A DNA stretch of 38,390 bases from an uncultured Thiotrichales bacterium (GCA_964517365.1 CAZFEP010000006.1:1-38390); one strand, 5' to 3'; positions 21,372 to 31,692 are shown, counted from the stretch's first letter. Notes: generated by a model not told the origin, from the letters alone. Numbers and translations: made by a program.

Positions 21372-23660
21372 TTAAAAACTAGTCCCTAAATTAAACTGAA
21401 AGACCTCGGTATCATCATCTTCTTGATCATTAAACGGTGATGCCAATGCAGCACTAATACCTCCCAAACCCGTAATCCAACTTAAACCCAAGCCAAATGA
21501 CCCTCTAACATCAGCAGAATCAAAGTCATCAAACTCTTCAAAAACATTACCGGCATCTACAAATAAGGCAAGGCGTGCTCTATTTTTATTCTCTATAAAG
21601 GGGGGCGGGAATAAAACTTGAACCCTAGCAGTTGTCAGGAAATTTCCACCAAAAGAGTCATCAAACGAGTCGCGAGGCCCTAGGCTATTAGGCTCATAAC
21701 CACGAACTGAATCAAATCCACCTGCCCTAAATTTCTCAAAAAATGGCAAATCTGTAGTATCTCCGTATTGTTCACCATAACCGATTTCACTTCCTAGAGA
21801 CAGTGTAAATGTTTCCCCTAAAGGAAAGAAAAATGAATTTTCAATACTCACTTTATAAAATTCTAGATCGCTACCAGGCACAGAAAACTCTATTCCAGCT
21901 ACCTGTCTATTCCCTTTGTTTGGAAACAAGCTACGATTTCGTGAGTCATGAATAAAGTTTGCATTGACCGTAAATGTATCAAACGTGTCGCCATTTTGAT
22001 CTAGAAAATCGATCACTTCTACTGGAGTATTGGTGCTGGTATTTATTTCAGTATGCCTGAGACCAAGCACAAGACCTACACGGTCAACCTCAGTCAAAGG
22101 AATTCCATAATTCATGCTTACTCCGTATTGATCTGAGTCAAAATCTGAAAGATCAGCCTCTTCTGCTTCAGTTGAGACAAAATTAAAACCAAAGCCACGA
22201 CTAACCCCATCTATTGTGTAATATGGATTAGTATAATTTGCAGAATACACCGTATTCACTTGACTAGTGTTTATCCTGAACGATACTGTTTTTCCAGTGC
22301 CTAGAAAGTTTTCCTGACTAACGCTAGTAGATGCAACCACACCTTGACTGTCAGAAAAACCAGCTCCTACATTAAAGCTACCTGCCAACCTTTCTACCAC
22401 AGCTATATTTAGATCAACAAAATCATCCACCCCAGGAATACGTTGCGTATCAATTTCAACTGACTCAACATAAGATAATCGCTGTATTCTACGACGTGAT
22501 GACTCTACATTTGAAAGAGAATACCACCCACTTTCCATCTGCCTAAGCTCTCTACGATACACTTCATCGCGCGTTGTTTTATGTCCAGTAAAATTTATCC
22601 TTCTCACATAGACACGCTTTCCAGGATCAACAAAAAAAGTTAAGTCTACTGTTTTAGTTTCCTCATTTACTTGAGGCACAGGATTTATATTTGGGAATGC
22701 ATATCCTTCGTTCCCCAATCTATTGGTTATTGCATCAGTTGACTGCACTATTTTAGCACGCGAAAATATATCTCCAGATGATAAGTCAACCAACGTCCTC
22801 ACTTCTTCTTCGGGTATAATAAATTTACCAGCCAGCTTAACTTCATTAATTGTATATTGATCACCTTCATCTACATTAATCGTGATAAAAATATCTTCTT
22901 TATCGTTACTTATTGAAACCTGAGTAGATGGCACATCAAATTTTAAATACCCTTCGTTTAAATATTGATTACGCAAAAGTTCGATATCACCTTGCAGCTT
23001 TTGTTTAGCATATCTATCCCTTGAACCCCAAAACTGATACCAGGGTTTTAAGCCAGACTCAAAATCATCAATAAGATCTTCTTCCTCAAATACAGTATTA
23101 CCAACCACCTTGACCTGTTTGATTTTTGCTGCATCACCCTCAACGATCTGTATACCTATATCAACTCGGTTTCTTTCCAGCTCTCGCACCTGTGTATCGA
23201 TATTTACACCATACTTACCAAAAGCAAAGTATTGTTGTGTTAACTCATTCTCTAGTCTCTCTAATACCGATCGATTAAAAACCCGACCATTTGCAATACC
23301 AACATCTGTTAACACCTCTGTTAATTGCTCATCTTCCAGAATCTTATTGCCGTCAAAACTGATACTCGCAATGGCTGGTTTTTCTTTTACTGATACGACT
23401 AATACATTACCTTCACGCCGTAATTGAATATCATTAAAAAAACCTGACTTATAAAGTTCACGCGCAATATTCGCAGTATTAGCCTCATCGACCTCATCAC
23501 CTACTTTAACAGGCAAATGAGTAAACACCGTGCCCGCTTCTATTCGCTCTAAGCCTTCAATCTGAATATCTTGCAGTCGAAACTTTTCAGCCATGGCTGG
23601 CAATGAAAACATGACAAACAAACACACTAGAAGAATTCGTTTTATAGAAAGTAACTCCAT
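21372..23660 (-). CDS. bamA: outer membrane protein assembly factor BamA
   Basis: 762 aa. Signal peptide, repeated POTRA-like modules, and a C-terminal beta-barrel ending in the aromatic beta-signal ...FQFNLGTSF. Confidence 0.95.
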   Translation of the reverse strand: MELLSIKRILLVCLFVMFSLPAMAEKFRLQDIQIEGLERIEAGTVFTHLPVKVGDEVDEANTANIARELYKSGFFNDIQLRREGNVLVVSVKEKPAIASISFDGNKILEDEQLTEVLTDVGIANGRVFNRSVLERLENELTQQYFAFGKYGVNIDTQVRELERNRVDIGIQIVEGDAAKIKQVKVVGNTVFEEEDLIDDFESGLKPWYQFWGSRDRYAKQKLQGDIELLRNQYLNEGYLKFDVPSTQVSISNDKEDIFITINVDEGDQYTINEVKLAGKFIIPEEEVRTLVDLSSGDIFSRAKIVQSTDAITNRLGNEGYAFPNINPVPQVNEETKTVDLTFFVDPGKRVYVRRINFTGHKTTRDEVYRRELRQMESGWYSLSNVESSRRRIQRLSYVESVEIDTQRIPGVDDFVDLNIAVVERLAGSFNVGAGFSDSQGVVASTSVSQENFLGTGKTVSFRINTSQVNTVYSANYTNPYYTIDGVSRGFGFNFVSTEAEEADLSDFDSDQYGVSMNYGIPLTEVDRVGLVLGLRHTEINTSTNTPVEVIDFLDQNGDTFDTFTVNANFIHDSRNRSLFPNKGNRQVAGIEFSVPGSDLEFYKVSIENSFFFPLGETFTLSLGSEIGYGEQYGDTTDLPFFEKFRAGGFDSVRGYEPNSLGPRDSFDDSFGGNFLTTARVQVLFPPPFIENKNRARLALFVDAGNVFEEFDDFDSADVRGSFGLGLSWITGLGGISAALASPFNDQEDDDTEVFQFNLGTSF

Positions 23661-23693
23661 ATTATTATTTTATAATTCTAATTCTTTAATTAT

Positions 23694-25052
23694 TTATTGC
23701 AGCAAACGCTGAATATCATTATAAAAAGCTAAGCTCATTAAACCTGCCAACATAACAATACCCAATCTCTGGCCTGCTGCCTCAATTTTTTCGGATACCG
23801 GGCTACCTTTAATCATTTCGATCAAATAGTAGAATAAATGCCCTCCATCCAGCACCGGGATCGGTAATAAATTAAGTATACCAATACTGATACTAATTAT
23901 TGCCAGCGCCCCTACGAATGCTGAAAAACCTATTGATGCAGAAACCCCTGCATATTCAGCAATAGTAACTGGGCCGCTTATATTTTTTAATGACGCCTCA
24001 CCCACCACTAATTTCCATAACAGCTTAAGGGTTAACACAGACACTTCCCAGGTTTTAATTATGCCTTTACCAAAGGAATCAAACGGCCCGTAGCGAACGG
24101 TTACTTTTTGCACATCTAGTTGACTCTTGTCAAGATAAGGATATGCGCCCACACGCCCAACAGTTTTGCCATCGACATTATCAGCACTGGGTGTCAGCTT
24201 CGTTACCAGCTGCTTTCCGTCTCTTTCTAGCAGCATACTTATTGGAACTTCAGCATGTTGCTGAATATATTCGACCAACTCCACCCACGAATCAACCACC
24301 TGCCCATCGACGCTAATTACTTTATCACCAGCCTTTATACCTGCCTGTTTGGCTACACCGCTTTTAATTTCTCCAAATCTAGCTTGATATTGATAACGCC
24401 AAGGCGTCACACCAATTTTCTCTAGTAAATTTCCTTCAGCAAGTAGCTGCTTAGTATCATTCAAATCTAATGTTACTGTTCTTTGAGATGAATTTTCATT
24501 ACTCAATGTTGCGCTTACAGAACCTTTTTTTAACGCACCATTTAACATTTGAATTGTAGTTTGCTGCCACGTTTTAACAGGCTGACCTTCGATATGCGTA
24601 AAAGTATCGTTAGACTCTATTTGAGCTAATGCTGCAATACTTTGTGGCTCAACCTCCCCTACCGTTGGCCTTACTCCATCCACACCGGCAACAAAAGTAA
24701 TCCAATAGGCAAACACAGCAAAAATAAAATTAAAAAATGGACCTGCAGATACAATCGCAAACCTTTTCCACACATTTTGTCGATTAAATGCTCGGTGCAC
24801 TTCACTAGCGTCTACATCACCTTCACGCTCATCAAGCATTTTCACATAACCACCAAGCGGTATGCTGGCAAGAACATACTCTGTATTATCTGCACCACTC
24901 GATTTTGAAAAAAGTGGTTTACCAAAACCTACTGAAAAACGCAAAACCTTTACACCAAGTTTTTTTGCTACCCAATAGTGGCCAAACTCATGAACGGTCA
25001 CGATAATGCCAATTGCAGCAATAAACGCGAGTATGTAAGTTATAAATTGCAT
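23694..25052 (-). CDS. rseP: site-2 zinc metalloprotease RseP
   Basis: 452 aa. HEFGHYWVA (HExxH), PDZ-like central region, and LNLLPIPVLDGGH. Confidence 0.93.
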   Translation of the reverse strand: MQFITYILAFIAAIGIIVTVHEFGHYWVAKKLGVKVLRFSVGFGKPLFSKSSGADNTEYVLASIPLGGYVKMLDEREGDVDASEVHRAFNRQNVWKRFAIVSAGPFFNFIFAVFAYWITFVAGVDGVRPTVGEVEPQSIAALAQIESNDTFTHIEGQPVKTWQQTTIQMLNGALKKGSVSATLSNENSSQRTVTLDLNDTKQLLAEGNLLEKIGVTPWRYQYQARFGEIKSGVAKQAGIKAGDKVISVDGQVVDSWVELVEYIQQHAEVPISMLLERDGKQLVTKLTPSADNVDGKTVGRVGAYPYLDKSQLDVQKVTVRYGPFDSFGKGIIKTWEVSVLTLKLLWKLVVGEASLKNISGPVTIAEYAGVSASIGFSAFVGALAIISISIGILNLLPIPVLDGGHLFYYLIEMIKGSPVSEKIEAAGQRLGIVMLAGLMSLAFYNDIQRLLQ

Positions 25053-25056
25053 ATCT

Positions 25057-26235
25057 TTAGTGTCGCGTTAATGAATCACGTATAAAACCAGTTGCAAAAG
25101 CTCGTGCTTGCTGATCCTTTTCAAGAATTACATCTAGTTCATTCACAACAACATGTTCAATATCCTGCAAGGTTGCATCTATAACTGACGAAATATCAGT
25201 AAAACGAATTTTTTCTTTTAGAAACGAATCTACAGCCACTTCATTTGCTGCGTTCAATACCGTAGTGGCACTTTGCTGTTCACTCATGGCAGCATAAGCG
25301 AGTCTCAAACACGGGAAACGTTCAAAATCAGGTTTAGAGAATTCCAGCGCACCTATTTCTGTTAGATTTAATATATCTACCCCAGAAGTTATTCTCTGCG
25401 GCCATGCTAGTGCATGTGCTATTGGCACACGCATATCAGGATAAGCCATATGCGCAAGCACAGAACCATCCGGGTACGCCACCAAGGAATGTATAATAGA
25501 TTGTGGATGAATCACTATTTCAATATCTTTGACGTTAACATTAAATAATTTGCACGCCTCAATTAACTCTAAACCTTTATTCATCATCGTTGCAGAATCA
25601 ACTGATATTTTCTTGCCCATTTCCCAATTAGGATGCGCGCAGGCTTCTTCGGGTGAAATATTTACAAATTCTGTTAACGCTTTTGTCAAAAACGGTCCTC
25701 CAGAAGCTGTAAGAATTATTTTTTCTATCTCACTCTTATATTCTTCTACAGGTAGACATTGGAACACGGCATTATGTTCACTATCGATTGGCAATAATTG
25801 TGAATTATTTTGTCTAGCAATTTTCATTAACAAATCACCAGACATTACTAACGCCTCTTTATTTGCAAGCATGATATGCTTACCCGCTGATGCGGCTGCC
25901 AGCGTCGGTGATAATCCTGCTGCACCTACAATAGCTGCCATTACACAATCTGCCTCAGATATGCTTGCTGCAAGATCCAAGCCTTCTCGACCACACGCCA
26001 ACTCAGGCTTATATTGTTGATCTTTAAACTTATCAATGAACTTATCAGCGCGCGCAGAATCTGCAACTACCGCTAACTGAGGACGAAACTTCATGCATTG
26101 TTCATACAAAAGATCAATATTTTGGTTTGTAGTTAACGCGACTACAGAAAACAATTCAGGGTGGCGCTCTATAACATCTAGCGTGCTCACCCCAACCGAA
26201 CCTGTTGCACCTAATATTGAAACTGTTTTCATCAT
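25057..26235 (-). CDS. dxr: 1-deoxy-D-xylulose 5-phosphate reductoisomerase
   Basis: 392 aa with ILGATGSVG, LANKEALV and the HPNW motif. Confidence 0.96.
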   Translation of the reverse strand: MMKTVSILGATGSVGVSTLDVIERHPELFSVVALTTNQNIDLLYEQCMKFRPQLAVVADSARADKFIDKFKDQQYKPELACGREGLDLAASISEADCVMAAIVGAAGLSPTLAAASAGKHIMLANKEALVMSGDLLMKIARQNNSQLLPIDSEHNAVFQCLPVEEYKSEIEKIILTASGGPFLTKALTEFVNISPEEACAHPNWEMGKKISVDSATMMNKGLELIEACKLFNVNVKDIEIVIHPQSIIHSLVAYPDGSVLAHMAYPDMRVPIAHALAWPQRITSGVDILNLTEIGALEFSKPDFERFPCLRLAYAAMSEQQSATTVLNAANEVAVDSFLKEKIRFTDISSVIDATLQDIEHVVVNELDVILEKDQQARAFATGFIRDSLTRH

Positions 26236-26252
26236 ATTATGAACTTAATAAT

Positions 26253-27077
26253 TTATATGCTGCCGCAATCTACACATATCAAAGATAAGCCAAACACAAA
26301 CCCTGGTGCAGCCGCAGTGACACTGTCAATACGATCAAGAACTCCTCCATGTCCAGGCAGAATATTACCACTATCCTTTACTCCAGCTTTTCGCTTCAAT
26401 AAGCTTTCATACAGATCTCCTACAACAGAAATCAGCGCTATAACCGCACAGAGAATAATAAAGTATGCCCACTGTTGTTTATTTATTGCAAACAACTGCA
26501 GACCAACCAAAGCCAATGCGATAGCAGAAATAAACGCACCCACTACACCCTCTCGTGACTTTCCTGGACTCAATTTAGGTGCTAATTTGTTTTTGCCGAA
26601 GCGTTTCCCTGTGAAGTATGCAGCAATATCTGCCATCCAAATAATAGCCAACAAGAACATTAATATTTCAGGGCTACGCTCATGCAGCATAACTAGCGCT
26701 AACCATGCGGGAATTAAAACTATAAACCCCGAATATTTAAGCAGTTTATGCAAAATACTTGAGCTCAACCAGTCGACCCTGAATAACGCCAACATCATTA
26801 CCACTCCTGCCCACCATAAGCTCGCTACAAATAAAATCATGTTTTCATGCGATGACCGTGCGAATACTTCTATTAGCAACATACCTGCTCCAACCAATAG
26901 CAGATACAATATTCTCTTCATGGTCGTATCAGCACCCGCCAGAGCCGACCATTCCCATGCAGCTACTAGAGTAATAGATGCAAATAGGATCGCAACAATC
27001 TGTGTTGGTAATTTAAAGATTGCAAATACAATCAATGTGCCCAATATTATTGCAGTTATAATTCTTTGCTTTAACAT
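26253..27077 (-). CDS. cdsA: phosphatidate cytidylyltransferase (CDP-diglyceride synthase)
   Basis: 274 aa, polytopic membrane profile. The C-terminal signature SLLKRKAGVKDSGNILPGHGGVLDRIDS is present. The 283-aa plus-strand ORF over the same span is treated as a shadow ORF. Confidence 0.92.
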   Translation of the reverse strand: MLKQRIITAIILGTLIVFAIFKLPTQIVAILFASITLVAAWEWSALAGADTTMKRILYLLLVGAGMLLIEVFARSSHENMILFVASLWWAGVVMMLALFRVDWLSSSILHKLLKYSGFIVLIPAWLALVMLHERSPEILMFLLAIIWMADIAAYFTGKRFGKNKLAPKLSPGKSREGVVGAFISAIALALVGLQLFAINKQQWAYFIILCAVIALISVVGDLYESLLKRKAGVKDSGNILPGHGGVLDRIDSVTAAAPGFVFGLSLICVDCGSI

Positions 27078-27096
27078 AAAATTACGCTAACGCTAA

Positions 27097-27822
27097 TTAT
27101 ACCGATACTTGCTCTTGCGTTTGACCAAACCTTCTTTGCCTGGCGCTAAAAGATGCAAATGCTTTTTTAAGTTCTTGGGGAGAAAAATCAGGCCATAACG
27201 CTTCACAGAAATATAATTCAGTATACGCTAACTGCCATAAAAGAAAGTTACTTAAACGCTGCTCGCCACCGGTGCGAATAAATAAATCTGGTGGAGGCAT
27301 GTCCTCTGTTGCAAGCTTGGTTTCTAACATGTGACTTTCAATCCCTGACACGGTTAACTTGCCATCCTGAACTTCTTTAACCACTCTTTTTGTCGCTTCA
27401 AGTATGTCCCATTTACCGCCATAATTTACAGCAATATTTAGGAACAACTTGTCGTTGTCACAAGTCATCTGCTCTGACATCTCAATCTGCTGATGTAGTT
27501 TTTTAGATAGATCTTCGGTATCGCCAAGAAATTTAAGTCGAACTCCGTTATCTGACAAATTTCTCACTTCGTTTTTCAAAGAGCGTAAAAATAATTCCAT
27601 TAAAGCAGAAACCTCAGCTTTAGGTCGCTTCCAATTTTCACTACTGAATGCAAATAACGTTAAGTATCGTACTCCAGCCTCTCCGCTGGCCTTTATGATC
27701 TCTTGAGCAGCCTGCACACCTTCTCTGTGGCCCGCAGTTCTTGGAAGGTTTCGCTGCTTTGCCCATCTACCATTACCATCCATAATAATAGCAACATGGC
27801 TTGGGATTATTTCGTCTGACAT
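27097..27822 (-). CDS. uppS: di-trans,poly-cis-undecaprenyl-diphosphate synthase
   Basis: 241 aa with HVAIIMDGNGRWA, LTLFAFSSENWKRP and RTGGEQRLSNFLLWQ. Confidence 0.96.
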   Translation of the reverse strand: MSDEIIPSHVAIIMDGNGRWAKQRNLPRTAGHREGVQAAQEIIKASGEAGVRYLTLFAFSSENWKRPKAEVSALMELFLRSLKNEVRNLSDNGVRLKFLGDTEDLSKKLHQQIEMSEQMTCDNDKLFLNIAVNYGGKWDILEATKRVVKEVQDGKLTVSGIESHMLETKLATEDMPPPDLFIRTGGEQRLSNFLLWQLAYTELYFCEALWPDFSPQELKKAFASFSARQRRFGQTQEQVSV

Positions 27823-27896
27823 TAAACTAAATGTTTCTGATAGATAAATAACAAGACAAATAAAAGTATTTAATTTAAGACGTTAGCGGCGACGCT

Positions 27897-28454
27897 TTAG
27901 ACTTCCATCAAATCTTTTTCTTTTTGCCCTAAAATAGTTTCTATTTCAGCTACAAAATCATCTGTCATCTTTTGAATTTCATCCTGTGCTTGATGATCCT
28001 CATCTTGAGAAATTTCTTTTTCTTTTAACAACTCTTTGAAATCAGCATTAGCATCACGACGAATATTTCGAATTGCCACTCGACCTTTTTCAGCCTCACT
28101 TTTTACCACTTTCACCAAGTCTTTGCGTCGCTCTTCAGTAAGGGGTGGCATAGCAATACGAATAATGGTGCCTGATGTATTAGGATTTAAGCCGAGATCT
28201 GAACTCATGATAGCTTTCTCAATATCACCCACAAGATTACTTTCCCATGGTGTAACCGCCAGTGTTCGAGCATCCTCAACAGAAACCGTGGCCGCCTGAT
28301 TAATAGGAACTCGATTACCGTAGTAATCTACCATTACATGATCAAGTAGCTTTGCATTTGCGCGACCCGTTCGAACTTTTGATAACTCATTCAACAATGC
28401 ATCTATACTTTTTCGCATCCGTTGCTTAGCATCTTTTTTTATATCTTCGATCAT
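27897..28454 (-). CDS. frr: ribosome recycling factor
   Basis: 185 aa. [20 protein letters not shown] and [14 protein letters not shown]. Confidence 0.96.
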   Translation of the reverse strand: MIEDIKKDAKQRMRKSIDALLNELSKVRTGRANAKLLDHVMVDYYGNRVPINQAATVSVEDARTLAVTPWESNLVGDIEKAIMSSDLGLNPNTSGTIIRIAMPPLTEERRKDLVKVVKSEAEKGRVAIRNIRRDANADFKELLKEKEISQDEDHQAQDEIQKMTDDFVAEIETILGQKEKDLMEV

Positions 28455-28457
28455 GCC

Positions 28458-29189
28458 TTACACTCCTATAACTTCTGTACCGATACTTTCACCTTGCACA
28501 ATTCTTGTTAGATCACCCTCAGAAAATAAGTTAAATACTCTAAGTGGAATCTGATTATCACGACACAACACCAGTGCTGTTGCATCCATCACACCTAACT
28601 TCTGCTGAATAGCATCATCATATTTAATCTGATCATAACGCTTTGCATTAGGGTTTTTATGCGGATCATCATCGTATACACCATCTACCTTAGTAGCTTT
28701 TAGCATAATGTCTGCATTAATTTCTGAAGCCCTCAAGCTTGCCGCTGAGTCTGTCGTAAAGAAGGGATTTCCTGTGCCAGCTGCAAAAACCACGACACGA
28801 CCTTTCTCCAAGTGACGCACGGCACGTCTACGAATATAGTCTTCACACACTTGATTGATTTTAACTGCAGACATCACACGGCAATAAATGCCTAAATTTT
28901 CCAAAGAATCTTGCAGCGCTAAACTATTCATAACCGTGGCTAACATTCCCATATGGTCCGCAGTGACTCGATCCATCCCACCTTGCGCCAAACCTGCGCC
29001 ACGAAAAATATTTCCACCACCAATAACGATTGCTACCTCAACCCCTAACTTACTAATATGGGCAATTTCAGTACCTATGCGAGTAATAATCTCAGGGTCG
29101 ATACCATAATCATACTTACCCATTAGCGCTTCACCGCTGAGTTTCAATAATATACGCTTAAATACTGGCTTGTTATCCGACATATCCAA
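28458..29189 (-). CDS. pyrH: UMP kinase
   Basis: 243 aa with [22 protein letters not shown] and TTDSAA. Confidence 0.96.
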   Translation of the reverse strand: MDMSDNKPVFKRILLKLSGEALMGKYDYGIDPEIITRIGTEIAHISKLGVEVAIVIGGGNIFRGAGLAQGGMDRVTADHMGMLATVMNSLALQDSLENLGIYCRVMSAVKINQVCEDYIRRRAVRHLEKGRVVVFAAGTGNPFFTTDSAASLRASEINADIMLKATKVDGVYDDDPHKNPNAKRYDQIKYDDAIQQKLGVMDATALVLCRDNQIPLRVFNLFSEGDLTRIVQGESIGTEVIGV

Positions 29190-29211
29190 ATTGCTAGTAT
29201 GTATTTATTAG

Positions 29212-29246
29212 ACATTAAAAAAGGGGCATAGCCCCTTTTTTAATGT
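29212..29246. terminator. perfect palindromic (bidirectional-type) Rho-independent terminator after tsf
   Basis: ACATTAAAAAAGGGGC-ATA-GCCCCTTTTTTAATGT. The 16-nt arms are perfectly complementary, with a GGGGC/GCCCC core and A6/T6 tracts on both sides. It starts 9 nt after the tsf stop and lies upstream of pyrH. Confidence 0.85.
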
Positions 29247-29254
29247 AAGTGAAT

Positions 29255-30136
29255 TTAACCTTTATCTTTCATATCATCGATTTGTTTTTGAACCTCATCT
29301 GCAAAGTTCTCCGACTTCTTCTCAATACCTTCACCCACTTCATAACGAATAAATCTTGTTACACTGGCTTTAGCTGCTGACAAAAATTGCTCAACACTAA
29401 CACTGTCATCTTTAATATATGCTTGGCCAAGTAGAGTATTTTCTTTCAAGTATTTATTAACTTTGCCATCAACCATTTTTTCTATAATATTCTCTGGCTT
29501 GCCACTCGCTTCTGCCTGAGCTTTTGCAATATCTCTTTCCTTACTCAAAAGATCCGCAGGCACTTCTTTTTCGCTTACACACAAAGGTTTAGCTGCAGCA
29601 ATATGCATTGCCATATCTTTTCCTAATTCATCATCACCCGAATACTCAACCAATACACTAATTCTCTTCCCATGTGCGTAACTCGCCACACCAGTTTCAC
29701 TAGATAATTTCTCAAAACGTCTCACCTGAATGTTTTCACCAATTTTAGATACCAACTCAAGTCGCGTTTGCTCAACCGTCTGTCCATCAGACAAAGTGGC
29801 AGCATTTAGCTCATCCACAGAACCAAACTCACTGCTTAAAACCAATTCCGCTAACTGGTTAGTGAATGCCTGAAACTTGTCATCTTTAGCTACAAAATCC
29901 GTTTCACAATTCACCTCAATAATAGCAGCCTGCTTGCCATTACTAGCGATGGCAGTCGTACCTTCTGCTGCAATTCGGCTTGCTTTTTTATCTGCTTTGG
30001 CTTGACCGGATTTACGCATTTGTTCTACTGCAGAATCCATATCTCCACCTGCATCAGTAAGTGCTTTTTTACACTCCATCATGCCCGCGCCTGTTCGCTC
30101 ACGCAGTTCTTTTACCATCGTTGCTGTTACTTGCAT
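29255..30136 (-). CDS. tsf: translation elongation factor Ts
   Basis: 293 aa. N-terminal UBA-like VKELRERTGAGMMECKKAL and NCETDFVAKD. Confidence 0.97.
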   Translation of the reverse strand: MQVTATMVKELRERTGAGMMECKKALTDAGGDMDSAVEQMRKSGQAKADKKASRIAAEGTTAIASNGKQAAIIEVNCETDFVAKDDKFQAFTNQLAELVLSSEFGSVDELNAATLSDGQTVEQTRLELVSKIGENIQVRRFEKLSSETGVASYAHGKRISVLVEYSGDDELGKDMAMHIAAAKPLCVSEKEVPADLLSKERDIAKAQAEASGKPENIIEKMVDGKVNKYLKENTLLGQAYIKDDSVSVEQFLSAAKASVTRFIRYEVGEGIEKKSENFADEVQKQIDDMKDKG

Positions 30137-30209
30137 TACTTCTTCCAGATTATTAATTAAATTAGGCTATGAAAATCATATCTAGCCAGTCAATTTTTGT
30201 TAGACACTT

Positions 30210-31466
30210 TTAGTCAGTCAATTTTGTTGGCAACGCTTTTGCCTCATTAATCCACGACTCAATCACAGACTCTTCAGGTACGCTTGGCGCTAGAGATTTT
30301 TCTGCATTGGTTGCTTGTAGTTTTGACAAAACATCACCCGCAGCACTTGCTGCAAGATCAGCCATATTGTTGTAACCACTTACCTCAAGCAACTCAGCCT
30401 CATTACCTTGAACACTCGTTATGCGGAAGAAATCACTCATCTTCACCCAGCGCTCAAGAGATTTGAGATTTAATCCTGTTGATTCTGCAATTTTTTCACG
30501 CGCATCTCCCGATGCACATTTCTCTAGCAATAATTCAACTGTTGGAATCCCAACTTTAACCAAAGCTTCTCCATATTTGGGTCCAATACCTTCTATATCC
30601 GTAATATTTTCTTCTATTACTGCATCAGCAGAAGGTTTTGTCGCTACTTTTTTCTTAACCGTTACTTTTTGCTTGGGTTTAGCTTTTGTACCGGCTTCTT
30701 TGCCAGCTTCCTTTTCCGTGACATTACCTGACTCATCCACTTCAACAAAGTCATCCTCATTACCACTTCCTGTCATCACTCGGACACTTTCTTTGCCCTC
30801 AGAAATAGCATCTGCAATATGTGATGCGTATAATTTAATTGCACGAATTGCATCATCATTACCAGGAATAATGTAATCAACCCCATCAACTTTGCAATTG
30901 GTATCCACAACTGCAACAACTGGAATCCCTAACTTATTTGCTTCTTTAATAGCGATAGCCTCATAGCCGACATCAATAACAAACATTACATCTGGCAAAG
31001 AAGGCATATTCTTTATACCCCCTAAACTACGCTCTAATTTAATTAGTTCGCGGTTTAACAAAAGTATTTGTTTTTTATTGAGTCGTGCAACCCCATCACC
31101 ACTCAACATTTGCTCTAAATCATGCAAACGTTGGATTGATTTTTTAACGGTATTGAAATTTGTTAACATGCCGCCAAGCCAGCGATGATTGACATAAGGC
31201 ATACCACATCGAATCGCTTCTTCCTTAACTGCTTCGCGCGCAGAACGCTTCGTTCCCACGAATAAAATTCGTCCACGATTAGCAGCCATTTTACTTAAGA
31301 AAGTTGCAGCATCGAGAAACATTGGTAACGTTTTCTCGAGATTGATGATATGGATTTTGTTACGCTCCCCAAAAATGTACGGACTCATTTTTGGATTCCA
31401 GTAACGTGTCTGGTGACCGAAGTGCACGCCTGCTTCTAACATTTGGCGCATAGTAACGCTAGTCAT
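30210..31466 (-). CDS. rpsB: 30S ribosomal protein S2 with an unusual ~185-aa C-terminal extension (418 aa in total)
   Basis: The S2 core contains [30 protein letters not shown] and [14 protein letters not shown] Shine-Dalgarno upstream of the ATG at 31466. The frame continues without a stop through a linker and an HhH module to the TAA at 30210-30212. Confidence 0.92.
   Translation of the reverse strand: MTSVTMRQMLEAGVHFGHQTRYWNPKMSPYIFGERNKIHIINLEKTLPMFLDAATFLSKMAANRGRILFVGTKRSAREAVKEEAIRCGMPYVNHRWLGGMLTNFNTVKKSIQRLHDLEQMLSGDGVARLNKKQILLLNRELIKLERSLGGIKNMPSLPDVMFVIDVGYEAIAIKEANKLGIPVVAVVDTNCKVDGVDYIIPGNDDAIRAIKLYASHIADAISEGKESVRVMTGSGNEDDFVEVDESGNVTEKEAGKEAGTKAKPKQKVTVKKKVATKPSADAVIEENITDIEGIGPKYGEALVKVGIPTVELLLEKCASGDAREKIAESTGLNLKSLERWVKMSDFFRITSVQGNEAELLEVSGYNNMADLAASAAGDVLSKLQATNAEKSLAPSVPEESVIESWINEAKALPTKLTD
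30228..30611 (-). other. DUF4332-like two-helix-hairpin-helix domain encoded in frame at the 3' end of rpsB (residues ~286-413)
   Basis: [128 protein letters not shown] follows the DUF4332 layout I recognise: IEGIG..Y...L...GI.T...LL ... W....D..RI.gvg..aeLLe..G......LA ... P....V..WI..AK.L. Not verified by an HMM search. Confidence 0.6.
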
Positions 31467-31606
31467 TGTATGATTACTCCTATAGGGTTTTATACTTCCG
31501 TATATCCCATATGGAAACTCACAAGGAGCACCCGACCATATGTGTCGATAATACGTGTAGATTTAAAGTTATTTACGTCCAAGACATTTGCCTTAGACGC
31601 GGGCGA

Positions 31607-31635
31607 TTTATACCATGTTTGCTTATTCAGAACAA
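31607..31635 (-). promoter_or_regulatory. candidate extended -10 sigma70 promoter for rpsB-tsf
   Basis: The minus strand reads TTGTTC-N17-TATAAA, and the last three spacer bases are TGG, giving TGgTATAAA, an extended -10. It would produce a leader of about 130 nt ahead of the rpsB ATG. Predicted by eye only. Confidence 0.45.
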
Positions 31636-31692
31636 TTACTTAGACCCATACTTTTTAATACACCATAGCGTCAACCGGATTTGCCTATAATT

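Noticed and set aside
25529-26020. 163-aa plus-strand ORF inside dxr
   Set aside because: It is antisense to a clearly identified Dxr coding frame. No start context or motif. Shadow ORF.
26239-27090. 283-aa plus-strand ORF spanning the whole of cdsA on the opposite strand
   Set aside because: The minus-strand frame carries the unmistakable CdsA signature (SLLKRKAGVKDSGNILPGHGGVLDRIDS) and a membrane-protein profile. The plus-strand product is low-complexity (Asn/Ile/Ala/Pro-rich) with no motif or Shine-Dalgarno. In this antisense register, a stop needs a sense Tyr codon preceded by a codon ending in T or C, or a His/Gln codon preceded by one ending in T. CdsA has few of these residues, so a long shadow ORF is unusual but explainable by composition.
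30421-30876. 151-aa plus-strand ORF antisense to the rpsB C-terminal extension, which could cast doubt on the extension
   Set aside because: Its product is Ser/Phe/Ile/Pro-rich low complexity without motifs. The minus-strand frame is continuous with the S2 core and gives recognisable HhH/DUF4332-like motifs, so the minus frame is the coding one.
31443-31690. 66-aa and 74-aa plus-strand ORFs in the rpsB-map divergent spacer
   Set aside because: They begin inside or antisense to the rpsB 5' end and run across the predicted rpsB promoter and leader. No Shine-Dalgarno, and the composition is odd (Cys/Tyr/Ile-rich). The region is better explained as regulatory DNA.
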